A stretch of DNA of 64,000 bases from an uncultured Gemmatimonadales bacterium (GTDB taxonomy: Bacteria > Gemmatimonadota > Gemmatimonadetes > Longimicrobiales > RSA9): NCBI GenBank assembly GCA_963741945.1, contig CAVUKA010000006.1, positions 1 to 64,000 of the forward strand, read 5' to 3'. The position numbers were made by a program, and so were the translations under genes. Under the pieces are notes generated by a model. It made no database searches. It was not told the origin of the DNA and saw nothing but the letters and a program-made list of their open reading frames with translations. Positions 18,779 through 27,812 of this stretch are shown piece by piece; position 1 is the stretch's first letter, and every line of letters starts with the position of its first letter.

Positions 18779-19371
18779 ATGGCCACCATTGCGGTGAGCA
18801 CGGGAGCGGCCGAGCTCGACGTCGAAATGGAGAGCAAGTTCGGCCGGGCGTCTCACATGATCCTGGTGGATCCGGACACGATGGAGTGGCGTGCGGTGGA
18901 GAATCCGGCCGCGGGCGCCGGGGGAGGTGCGGGCGTGCAGGCTGCGCGACTGCTGGCTGAGCACGGCGCGACGGCGGTGGCGAGCGGCGAGTTCGGGCCG
19001 AACGCGAACGCCGCCCTGGCTGCAGCGGGCATCGCCATGCACAGGCTGGCGGCTGGGATAACGGCGCGGGACGCGGTGAAGATCATGGCGGGAGGCGGCG
19101 CGAAAACGGACGAGGGGGGCGCTCGGACTGCGGGCGGCGAGAACGCGGCGGCCACCGGCGGAGCGGCGCGGGCCGCCGCTGCGCTGGCGGGCACGCTGGT
19201 GGGCGGCTTCATGACCGGACGCGGGAGCGCGGGCGGTGGCGTGCCCGGCATGGAGCCGGGGCGCCGCGGCGGCCGCGGGGCGGCAGGCGAAGGGGAGGAG
19301 GCAGACGAGGAGGCGGCGGCGGGCGGGGTCGGAGCGGACGCCAGGGCGGCGGCCGGGGGCGCGGCGCATGA
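18779..19371 (+). CDS. NifB/NifX (FeMo-cofactor-binding family) protein with Gly/Arg-rich tail; frameshift near 19278
   Basis: 'SKFGRASHMILVD','ENPAAGAGGGAGVQAARLL','FGPNA'; restoring one base gives an RGG tail whose TGA overlaps the next ATG. Confidence 0.75.
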
Positions 19372-19832
19372 AGGTCGCGGTCGCGAGCGGGAAGGGTGGC
19401 ACGGGGAAGACGATGCTGGTGGCCGCCCTGGCCCGGACACTGGCGGTGGACGGGGGCGTAGGCGCGAGCGCTCCCGGGCCGATCGTCGTGGACTGCGACG
19501 TGGAAGCTCCGGACCTGGATCTGTTCGTCCGTGCGGTGCTGGAGCGGCGCGCAACCGTCGAGGTGCCGGTGCCGGTGGTGGACGTGGCGCGCTGCACGCT
19601 GTGCGGGGATTGTGTCCGTGCCTGCCGGTTCAACGCGATCGCGGTGCTGGGAGACGCGGTCCGGGTGTTCCCCGCGCTCTGCCACGGCTGCGGGACGTGC
19701 GCGATCGTATGCCCGGAAGAAGCCGTCTCGGAGCGCGGCCGCACGGTCGGCGTTCTGGAGAGCGGCTCGGCGGGAAGGATCCGCTTCGCCCGCGGGGTGC
19801 TGGACGTGGGGGAGGCGGGGGAGGCGGAACTG
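19368..19832 (+). pseudogene. MinD/ParA-type P-loop ATPase with 4Fe-4S ferredoxin insert, copy A (C-terminal half missing; reads in-frame into copy B)
   Basis: ASGKGGTGKT, DCDVEAP, CTLCGDC..C, CHGCGTC..C; homology stops at 'GVLDVGEA'. Confidence 0.7.
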
Positions 19833-20890
19833 ATGAAGCAGCTCGTCGTACTCAGCGGGAAGGGAGGCACGGGGAAGACCGCGGTCGCGGCTGCGCTGCT
19901 GCACCTCGCCGCGCGGAATGCATCCGGGACGAACGGGGCCGGCAGGGAAGCCTCGGGTGCCCGCGCGGCCGGCGAGGTGGGAGCGTCCGCCGGCGCGGCC
20001 GCGGCGGGGTGCGTGTCCGTCGTGGCCGTGGACGCCGACGTGGATGCGGCGAACCTGGAGCTCGTGGTGGGCGCGCGCAGGGTGGAGGAACAGCCGTTCG
20101 CGGGCAGTGCCGTGGCGCGCATCGACATGATGCGGTGCGGCGGGTGCGGCGACTGCGGCGTGGTGTGCCGCTTCGGCGCGATCCATCGCGCTGCCGGATG
20201 GGGGTTCGAAGTGGACCCGCTGACGTGCGAGGGGTCGGGTGCGCGGCGTGCTACCACGCGTGTCCCTACGAAGCGATCGACCTCTTCCCGCATCGCGCGG
20301 GCTCGTGGTACCGGTCTGTGGCCGTGGGCGGCGTGCCGTTCCTCCACGCCAGCCTCCTCCCGGGGCAGGAGAACTCGGGGAAGCTGGTGGCGCTGGTCCG
20401 TGAGCGGGCGCGGATGGCCGCCGCACCGCTGACCGATCCGCTCGTCATCATCGACGGCCCGCCGGGGATCGCCTGCCCGGCGATCGCGGCATCCACGGGC
20501 GTGGACCTGGCGCTCGTCGTGACGGAGCCGACGCTGGCCGGGCTCCACGACCTGCGGCGGGCACTGGACATGACCGGCCACTTCGAGGTCGACCGCGCCG
20601 TCTGCATCAACAAGCACGATCTCCACGCTGCGGGAGCCGACGCCATCGAACGGGAGTGCGCCGCGCGGGGAGTGGACGTGCTGGCGTCGATCCCCTTCGA
20701 CGAGGCCGTCCCCGCTGCAATGGCGGTGGGACGCCCGGTGACCGATCGCTTCCCCGCGTCGCCGGCCGCGGCGGCGATGAACGTGCTCTGGCGCAGCCTC
20801 CGCGCCCGGCTCGGCGTCGACGGCCGCGGCGCCCCGGTGACCTTGAAGCTGCCGGAGTCGCCCCGTCGGGCGGAAAACGAAGCGGGGTGA
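19833..20890 (+). CDS. MinD/ParA-type ATPase with ferredoxin insert, copy B (frameshift near 20235)
   Basis: LSGKGGTGKT, DADVDAANL, CGGCGDC, 'GQENSGKLV','IDGPPGIACPAIA','VTEPT'. Confidence 0.8.
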
Positions 20891-20969
20891 CGGAGCGGCA
20901 CGTTCCCACGGTCCGGGACGTGCCGCCTGCCATGCGCGCGCCCGCTCCGCCCGTGCGCGCACGCTCCGC

Positions 20970-23201
20970 TCAGGGCGTTCCGGCCCCCGACCGCGGCCGC
21001 GGCGCGCCGTGGCTCTTCACCTGCGCCGGGGTGATCTCCCGGTTCCGGGGCGTCACGGACTCGGCCGGCAGCGCCACGCCGGCGTTCCGGAGCATCCGGA
21101 GCTCCGGCAGGTGCTCGAGGTCGCGGGCCCGCTCCTCGCTGTAGCCCAGCGCGCGGAAGTCGAGAAGTCCGTTGGTGGTGTGGCACTCGTCGCAGGAGCG
21201 GGCGGCGCGGGTGACACCGTGGTTGATCATGAGCGTGCCCATCTGGCGCATCCAGTGGCCTTCCAGGGCGTCCTGGTTCTCCGGCTTCAGCGGGTACTTC
21301 GTGGCCCAGCTGCCCACGCCGAAGTACTCCATGAACTTGTCCATCATGTACAGCTTGAACGGCGTCTGGTACATGCGCCGCACCATGGGATTGGCCACGG
21401 CCGTCTTGACGGACGCCAGGGCATCGCCGGTCTCGGAGTAGGTGGCGTAGTCGAACGGCAGGATCATGGCGCCGAACGGCCCCTGGTTGTTCATGTCCTC
21501 GTACATGCGGGCGTTGAACAGCTTGAACGGGTAGATCTTGGAGGTGCCCATGGACTGGAGCGGGAGGATGTTGCGCTCCACCATGGCCTTCCGCCTTGCC
21601 AACATCTCCGGGTTGAGCTGGGAGAGGAAGTCGTTGCCCTCCACGCCCGGGATTTCCGGCGCGCCGGGGATGTCGTAGCGCGTGATCTGCCCCATGAGCG
21701 GGCTGTAGTCGCCGTCGCCCGTGGGGTTGGCGCCCAGCGCATTGGCCAGGAACGTCCCGCTGCCGTTGAACCAGAGGTAGGCCACCGCCTCGCGCATGTC
21801 GCCCGTCTGGTAGAGCGCCCTGGGCACGTACACGCCCTCCTCCGGGTTCCACTGCGGGTCGAGCCAGTCGGTGAGGACGATGTTGTCCTTCCACAGCCGC
21901 GTGATGTGGCACGTCTCGCACGCGATGCGGGCGGTGTGGCCGTTCAGGATGGCGCGCACCGCCGGGTCCTTCACGTGCGGCGACGACGTGTGGCACCCCT
22001 CGCAGGACACCGCCACGCCGGGGAGGTCGTTGCTCACCAGGTCCACGCCCTTGGCGCCGCGCGCGATCTTGTGCCCCTCGGTCACGTGGCAGTCCAGGCA
22101 GCTCATGCCGGCGGCCGCGTGCACGTCGGCCGCCGCGGAGTACGGCGTCCCGCGCTTGGCGGCGCTGTGGAGCAGCCGCTCGTGCTCGTAGCCCGTGTGC
22201 TGCGCGGCCTGGTTGAGCGGATACGTGTCGCCGCCCATGTCGTGCTGGTGGCAGCGCAGGCACGCCTCCTGGGTGGGGCGGCCCACGGTGAGCGCCGCGC
22301 GCATGCTCCGGTCCTGGTTCCAGCGCAGCCCCACGCCGTCATCGATGACGTAGCGCTGGTCCATGTCGTACGTGCGGGCGTGGCAGATGAGGCAGTCGAT
22401 CCCCTGCTCCGCGTCCTTCTCCCGGACGACGACGGGCATCATTTCCTCCGACGGCGGCCCGTAGCCCCCGCCGATGTGGCACTGTCCGCACCCCTCGCTG
22501 CGGAGCTCCTCCGGCTTCCCTTCCGGCTTCGCGCGGATGAGCGCCGCCCACCCCGTCCAGGTGAAGCTGCCCGGGATCCCGCACGCCCGGTCGATCTTCC
22601 CCACCGGGATCGGCCGCCCTTCCGAGTTCACCGCCTCCCCGTTGTAGCCGTACGTGGTGAACGCGTTCCGCTCCTTGCTGAACAGCCGGTAATGGACGGA
22701 GTTCATGACGTCGTCCATGGTGTTCACCGTCTCCGTGCCGCCATCCACGGTGTGGACCTTCATGTCCTCGTGGCAGGTCAGGCACGTCTTCGGTCCTTCG
22801 TACGTGCGGATCCCCGCGCGACGGAAGTAGTCCACGTGGTCCAGGCCCGCCTCCCGCCGCGTGGACGGGAGGTTGGCCAGGAGCCGGGCGTTCTCGGCCC
22901 GGAGCAGGGGGTCGCGCTCCGAGGCCGCCCGGTCGCGCACCAGGCCGCTCGTCGTCTGCTGCTCCAGCTCACGGGCGAGCCGCTCGAAGCTCGCGTCCGT
23001 GAGATGGTCGCGATTGGCGTACGTGAAATGAGACAGCTTGTCGCCCGTGTACCAGCGCAGCAGCGGCGGGAACGCCACGACGAACAGGCCATACAGCAGT
23101 GCCGCGGCGGCCGCGGCCACCACGCCCGCCTTGACGGCGCGGCGGGTCCGCTTTCCCAGGCGGCTGGTGAGTCGACGGATCGGATCTATGGGCCACATCA
23201 T
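20970..23201 (-). CDS. Octaheme cytochrome c, OTR (octaheme tetrathionate/nitrite reductase)-like
   Basis: 8 CxxCH motifs (CLTCH, CGQCH, CLICH, CLRCH, CLDCH, CEGCH, CETCH, CDECH); 'GKIDRAC' before heme 2; long gap before heme 8; N-terminal TM. Confidence 0.8.
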   Translation of the reverse strand: MMWPIDPIRRLTSRLGKRTRRAVKAGVVAAAAAALLYGLFVVAFPPLLRWYTGDKLSHFTYANRDHLTDASFERLARELEQQTTSGLVRDRAASERDPLLRAENARLLANLPSTRREAGLDHVDYFRRAGIRTYEGPKTCLTCHEDMKVHTVDGGTETVNTMDDVMNSVHYRLFSKERNAFTTYGYNGEAVNSEGRPIPVGKIDRACGIPGSFTWTGWAALIRAKPEGKPEELRSEGCGQCHIGGGYGPPSEEMMPVVVREKDAEQGIDCLICHARTYDMDQRYVIDDGVGLRWNQDRSMRAALTVGRPTQEACLRCHQHDMGGDTYPLNQAAQHTGYEHERLLHSAAKRGTPYSAAADVHAAAGMSCLDCHVTEGHKIARGAKGVDLVSNDLPGVAVSCEGCHTSSPHVKDPAVRAILNGHTARIACETCHITRLWKDNIVLTDWLDPQWNPEEGVYVPRALYQTGDMREAVAYLWFNGSGTFLANALGANPTGDGDYSPLMGQITRYDIPGAPEIPGVEGNDFLSQLNPEMLARRKAMVERNILPLQSMGTSKIYPFKLFNARMYEDMNNQGPFGAMILPFDYATYSETGDALASVKTAVANPMVRRMYQTPFKLYMMDKFMEYFGVGSWATKYPLKPENQDALEGHWMRQMGTLMINHGVTRAARSCDECHTTNGLLDFRALGYSEERARDLEHLPELRMLRNAGVALPAESVTPRNREITPAQVKSHGAPRPRSGAGTP

Positions 23202-23845
23202 GACTGGATTCCTTGGTCTGGAGCGGGCGGCTCCGCGGGGTCTTCGGCGAAGCCGGTCAGCATCATCTTGAAATGCGCCCAGGGCGTCTCGCCGGTGGTG
23301 GCGAGGTAGAGGTGCCCGACGAGGAACGCGGTGAGGAAGATGGCGAGGATGGTGTGGGACACCCCGAGGGCGCGCAGGGCTCCCGTCCCGGCGTGCCGCC
23401 AGGCGAGGATGAGGTAGAGCAGCCAGAGCCCGGTGAGAATCTGGAGCGGGACGATCACGGCCATGATGCCGAGGTACGTCCACTTCTGGAGCGGGTTGAA
23501 CTTGCGCGCCTCCCCTTCGTCGAACGGGTGCGCTTCGCCCCGGAAGATCCCGAGCAGGTAGAAGCGGGCCTGGCGCAGCACGCCGCCGGCCAGGTCCTCA
23601 CGACCGGGCAGGTAGTAGCGGATGCGACGGGAGCGGAGCATGTAGACCGCCCACACCAGCCAGTCCAGTGCGACGATGACGCCCGCTGCGTTGTGCACCG
23701 CCACCGCCGTCGACAGCGAGCCGAAAACGTTGAAGTCGCGGGCGAAGTGGATGTTCATGCCGCTCAGCACGAGCAGCACGAACCCTGTGGCGTTGCTCCA
23801 GTGCCACGCGCGCTCGACCCGGGTAGCCATGTAGACGCGCTTCAT
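23198..23845 (-). CDS. Di-heme cytochrome b (FdnI/PhsC/HyaC type) membrane anchor
   Basis: 'ERAWHWSNA', 'KFNPLQKWTY', conserved His residues, 'HLYLATTG'; ATGA overlaps on both sides. Confidence 0.88.
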   Translation of the reverse strand: MKRVYMATRVERAWHWSNATGFVLLVLSGMNIHFARDFNVFGSLSTAVAVHNAAGVIVALDWLVWAVYMLRSRRIRYYLPGREDLAGGVLRQARFYLLGIFRGEAHPFDEGEARKFNPLQKWTYLGIMAVIVPLQILTGLWLLYLILAWRHAGTGALRALGVSHTILAIFLTAFLVGHLYLATTGETPWAHFKMMLTGFAEDPAEPPAPDQGIQS

Positions 23846-24984
23846 GAGGTCTCCCTTCCGGCCGCCTCGACCGCGCCCCTGGAAGACGCTTCCTCGGTGC
23901 CGGCCCCGGCCGCGGCATGCCCGCGGGGCCCTTCCCCGGGCGCGTCGCGCCGGCGGGCGCCCAGCCAGCGGAGCAGCCCGTGGGCGCCCGTGCCCAGGGC
24001 CACGGCCAGGAGGAGCAGGAGCCCGGACGCGTCCAGGAGCGGATAGCGGGTCCCGCCGGAGAGGTAGTACTCGCCCACCAGCTCCGAGCGCGTGTAGCGA
24101 TGCGGCCTTCCCGCCACGAAGCTCCCCACGTACGACGCCATCTTGCTGTCGGCGCCATGGCAGGCGTAGCAGTCGCGGGTGGCCTGCTCCTTCGGCAGGA
24201 TGGCGTGGCGGAAGCTGAAGTCGGCGCCGGCCGGCCGGGTGTGGCAGTCGATGCAGGCGATCCGGCTCAGGTGCAGCGCCGCCTGCGGGTGCCACGCGTG
24301 CCGCTGCGCCAGCGTGAGGCCGGACGGGTTGAAGCGCTGCTCATGGCAGGCCACGCACGGCGCGTTCTTCTCCGCCACCGTCATCTCGCGCGCGGGGCGC
24401 ATGGTGTGCGGCGAGTGGCACGTTCCGCAGTCGAAGTCCACCGAAGCGTCCGCGGCGAAGTGGATGCTGGCATGCGCCGCCGCTTGGATGGCCCGGTACT
24501 CGTCGCCGAACTCCTGGTGACACCCGAGGCAGGACGGCTCGGCGCTGGCGGCCTCCCCACTCCCGGCCGCACCCGGGTGCGGATAGGTGGAGTAGTCGCC
24601 CGCGTGGCAGGCCGTGCACTCCCGTTTGCCCTGGCGATAGTGGATGGACGCCACGTATGCGCGCGGGTCGATGTACTGCGAGTGGACGGCGCCGGTGCTG
24701 TCCCGGTAGCTGGCGCGCAGCCCCGGGTTCAGGTGACAGCCGGCGCACGCACGCACGCCCGGCGGGAGCCCGGCCGGGAGCGTGCCGTGTGCGGCACCGG
24801 TCGGAATCGTATCCCCGGCCCGCGCGGAAGGGATTCCATCGGCCGTCCCCCCGTCCCGGACCCGGTCGGCCTGTACGGGCCAGGCCGTGGGCGGCCCGGC
24901 GACTGCGAGCAGCGCGATCAGCCCCGCCATGGCGGCCGCCCGCCGGCCGCCGCCTCTCCCGTTCCCCTGCCCCGATCTCGCCAC
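23842..24984 (-). CDS. Heptaheme cytochrome c with C-terminal membrane anchor
   Basis: 7 CxxCH motifs (CAGCH, CTACH, CLGCH, CGTCH, CVACH, CIDCH, CYACH); signal peptide; start could be ATG 24930. Confidence 0.85.
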   Translation of the reverse strand: MARSGQGNGRGGGRRAAAMAGLIALLAVAGPPTAWPVQADRVRDGGTADGIPSARAGDTIPTGAAHGTLPAGLPPGVRACAGCHLNPGLRASYRDSTGAVHSQYIDPRAYVASIHYRQGKRECTACHAGDYSTYPHPGAAGSGEAASAEPSCLGCHQEFGDEYRAIQAAAHASIHFAADASVDFDCGTCHSPHTMRPAREMTVAEKNAPCVACHEQRFNPSGLTLAQRHAWHPQAALHLSRIACIDCHTRPAGADFSFRHAILPKEQATRDCYACHGADSKMASYVGSFVAGRPHRYTRSELVGEYYLSGGTRYPLLDASGLLLLLAVALGTGAHGLLRWLGARRRDAPGEGPRGHAAAGAGTEEASSRGAVEAAGRETS

Positions 24985-25026
24985 CCTGCCCTTTCCCTGC
25001 CGTGCGATTCCGATGGTCTGGAGCGG

Positions 25027-25068
25027 ATGCTAGCGGGACCGCGTTTCGGGCGCCTTGACGTGGATCAA
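25027..25068 (-). promoter_or_regulatory. FNR/DNR box plus -10 element (class II promoter) for the multiheme operon
   Basis: TTGAC-GTGG-ATCAA at 25055-25068; minus-strand TAGCAT at 25032-25027 puts the box centre at -41.5. Confidence 0.75.
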
Positions 25069-25199
25069 GAAACGGGAATTCGCCCGGCGCGCGGGACGGG
25101 CTCGAGGCCGGGCGTCGCGGCGCCGCTGAGCCTCGGAGCGCCATTGGGCGTCCGGGCTCGCTCCGGCGTCGAGCCGGGACCAGGCGCCGCGGGGAGGGC

Positions 25200-25898
25200 T
25201 CACTCCAGCGGGGCTCGCACGGCGGCCTCGAGCCCCGCGAGGTCGAGGACTTCCAGGCGACGCCCGGGGGCGCGGCGGAGCACGGCACTCTCGGCCAGGT
25301 CCGAAATGGCGCGCGACAGCGTCTCGGGCGCCATGCCCAGGGCGCCGGCGAACTCGTGGGCCGCCACGGGAAGATCCAGGAGCAGGGGGGTTCCGGCGGC
25401 GTGGCCCTCGGGGACCAGGGCGAGCAGCGCGGCGGCGAGCCGGCGGTTGGCCCCGGGCGTGGAAAGTGACTCGATGACGTCGCAGGCGTCGCGCAGCCGA
25501 CGGCTGAGCAATCCCACCAGATCCGCCGCGAGCGCGGCCTCGGAGACGAGCAGCCGCTCGAACACGGACCGGGGGATCACGTCCGCCTCCACCGCGTCGA
25601 GGGCTTCCGCGCCCGACGGCGCGGGGCCGCCGGTGAGCAGCGGCACACACCCCAGGACATCGCCCGGCATGAAGATGAACAGTGTCACCGTCCCGCCCGC
25701 GGGGAGCCGACGGTACATCTTCACGCGGCCTTTCCGGATCGACACGAACAGACCGGCCGCATCGCCCTGGCGCCAGAGAAGCTCGCCCTTGGAGAAGCGA
25801 CGGATGTGCATGTGCGGGCCCAGGATCTCCCGCATCTCGGCAGCGATCTCCTGCTCCGTCGGTGCCTTCGGGACGGGCGGTGCCCCGTACATCGTCAC
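25200..25898 (-). CDS. Crp/Fnr family regulator (DNR/HcpR-like, no N-terminal Cys cluster)
   Basis: cNMP-like domain 'GELLWRQGD..GRVKMY'; HTH 'LGMAPETLSRAISDL'. Confidence 0.9.
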   Translation of the reverse strand: MTMYGAPPVPKAPTEQEIAAEMREILGPHMHIRRFSKGELLWRQGDAAGLFVSIRKGRVKMYRRLPAGGTVTLFIFMPGDVLGCVPLLTGGPAPSGAEALDAVEADVIPRSVFERLLVSEAALAADLVGLLSRRLRDACDVIESLSTPGANRRLAAALLALVPEGHAAGTPLLLDLPVAAHEFAGALGMAPETLSRAISDLAESAVLRRAPGRRLEVLDLAGLEAAVRAPLE

Positions 25899-26004
25899 TC
25901 CCGGTCCAGCGGTCCTCTCCCCTGCGCCGCCGCAAGATCGCGGAACACCGACGCCGGCGACAGGTGGCCGCGGGCCGCTGGCGGCCGGCCGGCGAGACCG
26001 GCGC

Positions 26005-26097
26005 GACGCGGGCCGCGCGGGGTGACGCGGGTCGCGCGGGGTGACGCGGGCCGCGCGGGGTGACGCGGGTCGCGAGGGGCGACGCGGGCTGCGCGGG
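26005..26097. repeat. 19-bp tandem repeat, about 5 units (GACGCGGGYCGCGCGGGGT)
   Basis: Directly visible, immediately downstream of the DUF559 gene. Confidence 0.85.
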
Positions 26098-26102
26098 CGA
26101 GG

Positions 26103-27212
26103 TCAGGACCGTTGCAGCGCCGACGCGTGGCCCAGCTGCCACGCCACCGAGCCCAGCACGGCCTCTCGCTCGGCACCGAGCTGGCGCGCGCTGAAGCGGA
26201 CCACGATGAAGCCCGCCACGCGCAAGACGCGGTCGCGCTCCACGTCGCGCTCGAACGCCCGGCGGGACCCGTGGTACGCGTATCCGTCGATCTCGACAAC
26301 CACACGAAGCGCCCGCCACAGGAAGTCCACCTCCAGCCCCGCCACCCGCACGTTCAGCGCCGGCTCCGGCAGCCGGGCGGCCCGGATCAGGGCCAGAAAC
26401 AGCTCTTCCGCCTCGGAACGCGTCAGCGCTGGCCCCTCCTGCAGCGCGAGGAGTCCACGGAGGGTGCGGACCCCCCGTCGCCACGGGTGCCGTTTCAACA
26501 GCCGGGCGACGTCGCCAAGGACGACGACTCCCTCGCGCACGCCTCTCGCCAGCGCCTGCTCCAGCGGGCGGGGCGCCAGCGTGGCGGCAAGGTCCAGAAT
26601 GGTGCGGGCGGCCGTCGTGATCGGAATCCCCCGGAACGTGGTGACCTCGTCGTCGCGGAGCGATGCCAGCCGCCGGACCTGAACGCCCTTCAGTCGCACG
26701 CGCCGACCGTCGCGAACGCTGATCTCCACGCCGGCCTCGATCTGCTTCGACTCGACCCCCGATCGAACGAGGCCCCAGCGCGCGCCCGCGCTGGTACCGC
26801 TCAGCACGGCCGTCTGCCCGCACGCCAGCACCGCCGCCATCTCCCGCTCGAGCGGTACCGCCGCCGGGCCGACCCGGTACACCCCCGGATGCAGTGTCCG
26901 CAGCCGACTCCGCCTCACGCCCCGATCGATCACATGGGCGGGAACGCCCGCGCGCCGCAGCTGTGCCCTGCTGACGACCCCGAACTGTCGGCTGGCCAGC
27001 TCATCGATGAGCGCTTGCGCCTCCACCCCGGTCAGGACGCCGCCTGGCGAGGACGGCGCCCGGCGGCCGGCCACGGCAGCGGCCCCCGAAGGCACCGGCT
27101 CGCTGCTGGAGGGCCGCTCGTCGCCCACTGGATGGCGCCGTCGGAGCGGCTCGGGCGATTCACTGCGCATAGGACCGCCCATAGTCCATCCGTTCCGGCG
27201 CGGCCGATTCAC
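26103..27212 (-). CDS. AbiEi-like antitoxin domain + DUF559 (Vsr-like) endonuclease protein; start uncertain
   Basis: 'LASRQFGVVSRAQL','LHPGVYRV','PITTAARTILDL','EVDFLW..VVEIDGYAYH..D.ERD'. Confidence 0.85.
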   Translation of the reverse strand: MNRPRRNGWTMGGPMRSESPEPLRRRHPVGDERPSSSEPVPSGAAAVAGRRAPSSPGGVLTGVEAQALIDELASRQFGVVSRAQLRRAGVPAHVIDRGVRRSRLRTLHPGVYRVGPAAVPLEREMAAVLACGQTAVLSGTSAGARWGLVRSGVESKQIEAGVEISVRDGRRVRLKGVQVRRLASLRDDEVTTFRGIPITTAARTILDLAATLAPRPLEQALARGVREGVVVLGDVARLLKRHPWRRGVRTLRGLLALQEGPALTRSEAEELFLALIRAARLPEPALNVRVAGLEVDFLWRALRVVVEIDGYAYHGSRRAFERDVERDRVLRVAGFIVVRFSARQLGAEREAVLGSVAWQLGHASALQRS

Positions 27213-27380
27213 CGGTCGAGCAACAGCGGATATCGACGCTCATCGTCCAACCCTCCCTCAGAAATGCTTTCAGTGGGCGTTCGCGTACAACTGCCGCGTC
27301 CTCCTGCCGAATCCCGCTGCCGCCGGCTTCGGCCAGAGGGCCTGCCCGCATCCCCTCCGGCGCGCGCCGCCCACTCGCCG

Positions 27381-27466
27381 CCCCGGTCAGCGCCCCTCCC
27401 CGGTCAGCGCCCCTCCCCGGTCAGCGCCCCTCCCCGGGTCAGCGCCCCTCCCGCGGTCAGCGCGCC
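27381..27466. repeat. 17-bp tandem repeat, about 5 units (CCCCGGTCAGCGCCCCT)
   Basis: Directly visible. Confidence 0.85.
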
Positions 27467-27482
27467 ACCCCGGCCGATGGAA

Positions 27483-27705
27483 CGTGGGCCACGCGGTGGG
27501 GCACACCCATGGCGTCGCGAGTCGCCGCGAACGCGCGCCGTGGGCCACGCAGTGGGGCACGCCCATGGCGCGGCGAGTCGCCGCGAACACGCGCCGTGGG
27601 CCACACCGCCGCGGACTCCCGTGGCCCCTCCCGCCGCGGATTCCCGTGGCCGCGAGTCGCCGCGAACGCGCGCCGTGGCCCCTACAGCCGCGGACTCCCG
27701 TGGCC
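27483..27705. repeat. Composite imperfect repeat region
   Basis: Core GCGAGTCGCCGCGAACRCGCGCCGTGG at 27517, 27573 and 27652; GCCGCGGAYTCCCGTGGCC occurs three times. Confidence 0.75.
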
Positions 27706-27812
27706 GTTCGCGCGGCTGCGCTTCCCGTGACAATGGGCGCCGCGGGCGCAAGATTGGTCCGATCCGCCGCGTCCCGGGGACGGAAGGCGCCCACCCTCTC
27801 CCACTCCAACGC

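Noticed and set aside
18779-19371. Nitrogen fixation inferred from the NifB/NifX domain
   Set aside because: No nifHDK in the window; the family is common in non-diazotrophs
18680-20890. 736-aa NifX-ATPase fusion ORF
   Set aside because: Product of compensating frameshifts; the middle is out-of-frame sequence
27483-27705. Possible CRISPR array (27-bp core x3)
   Set aside because: Spacers are unequal and similar to each other, and there are no cas genes
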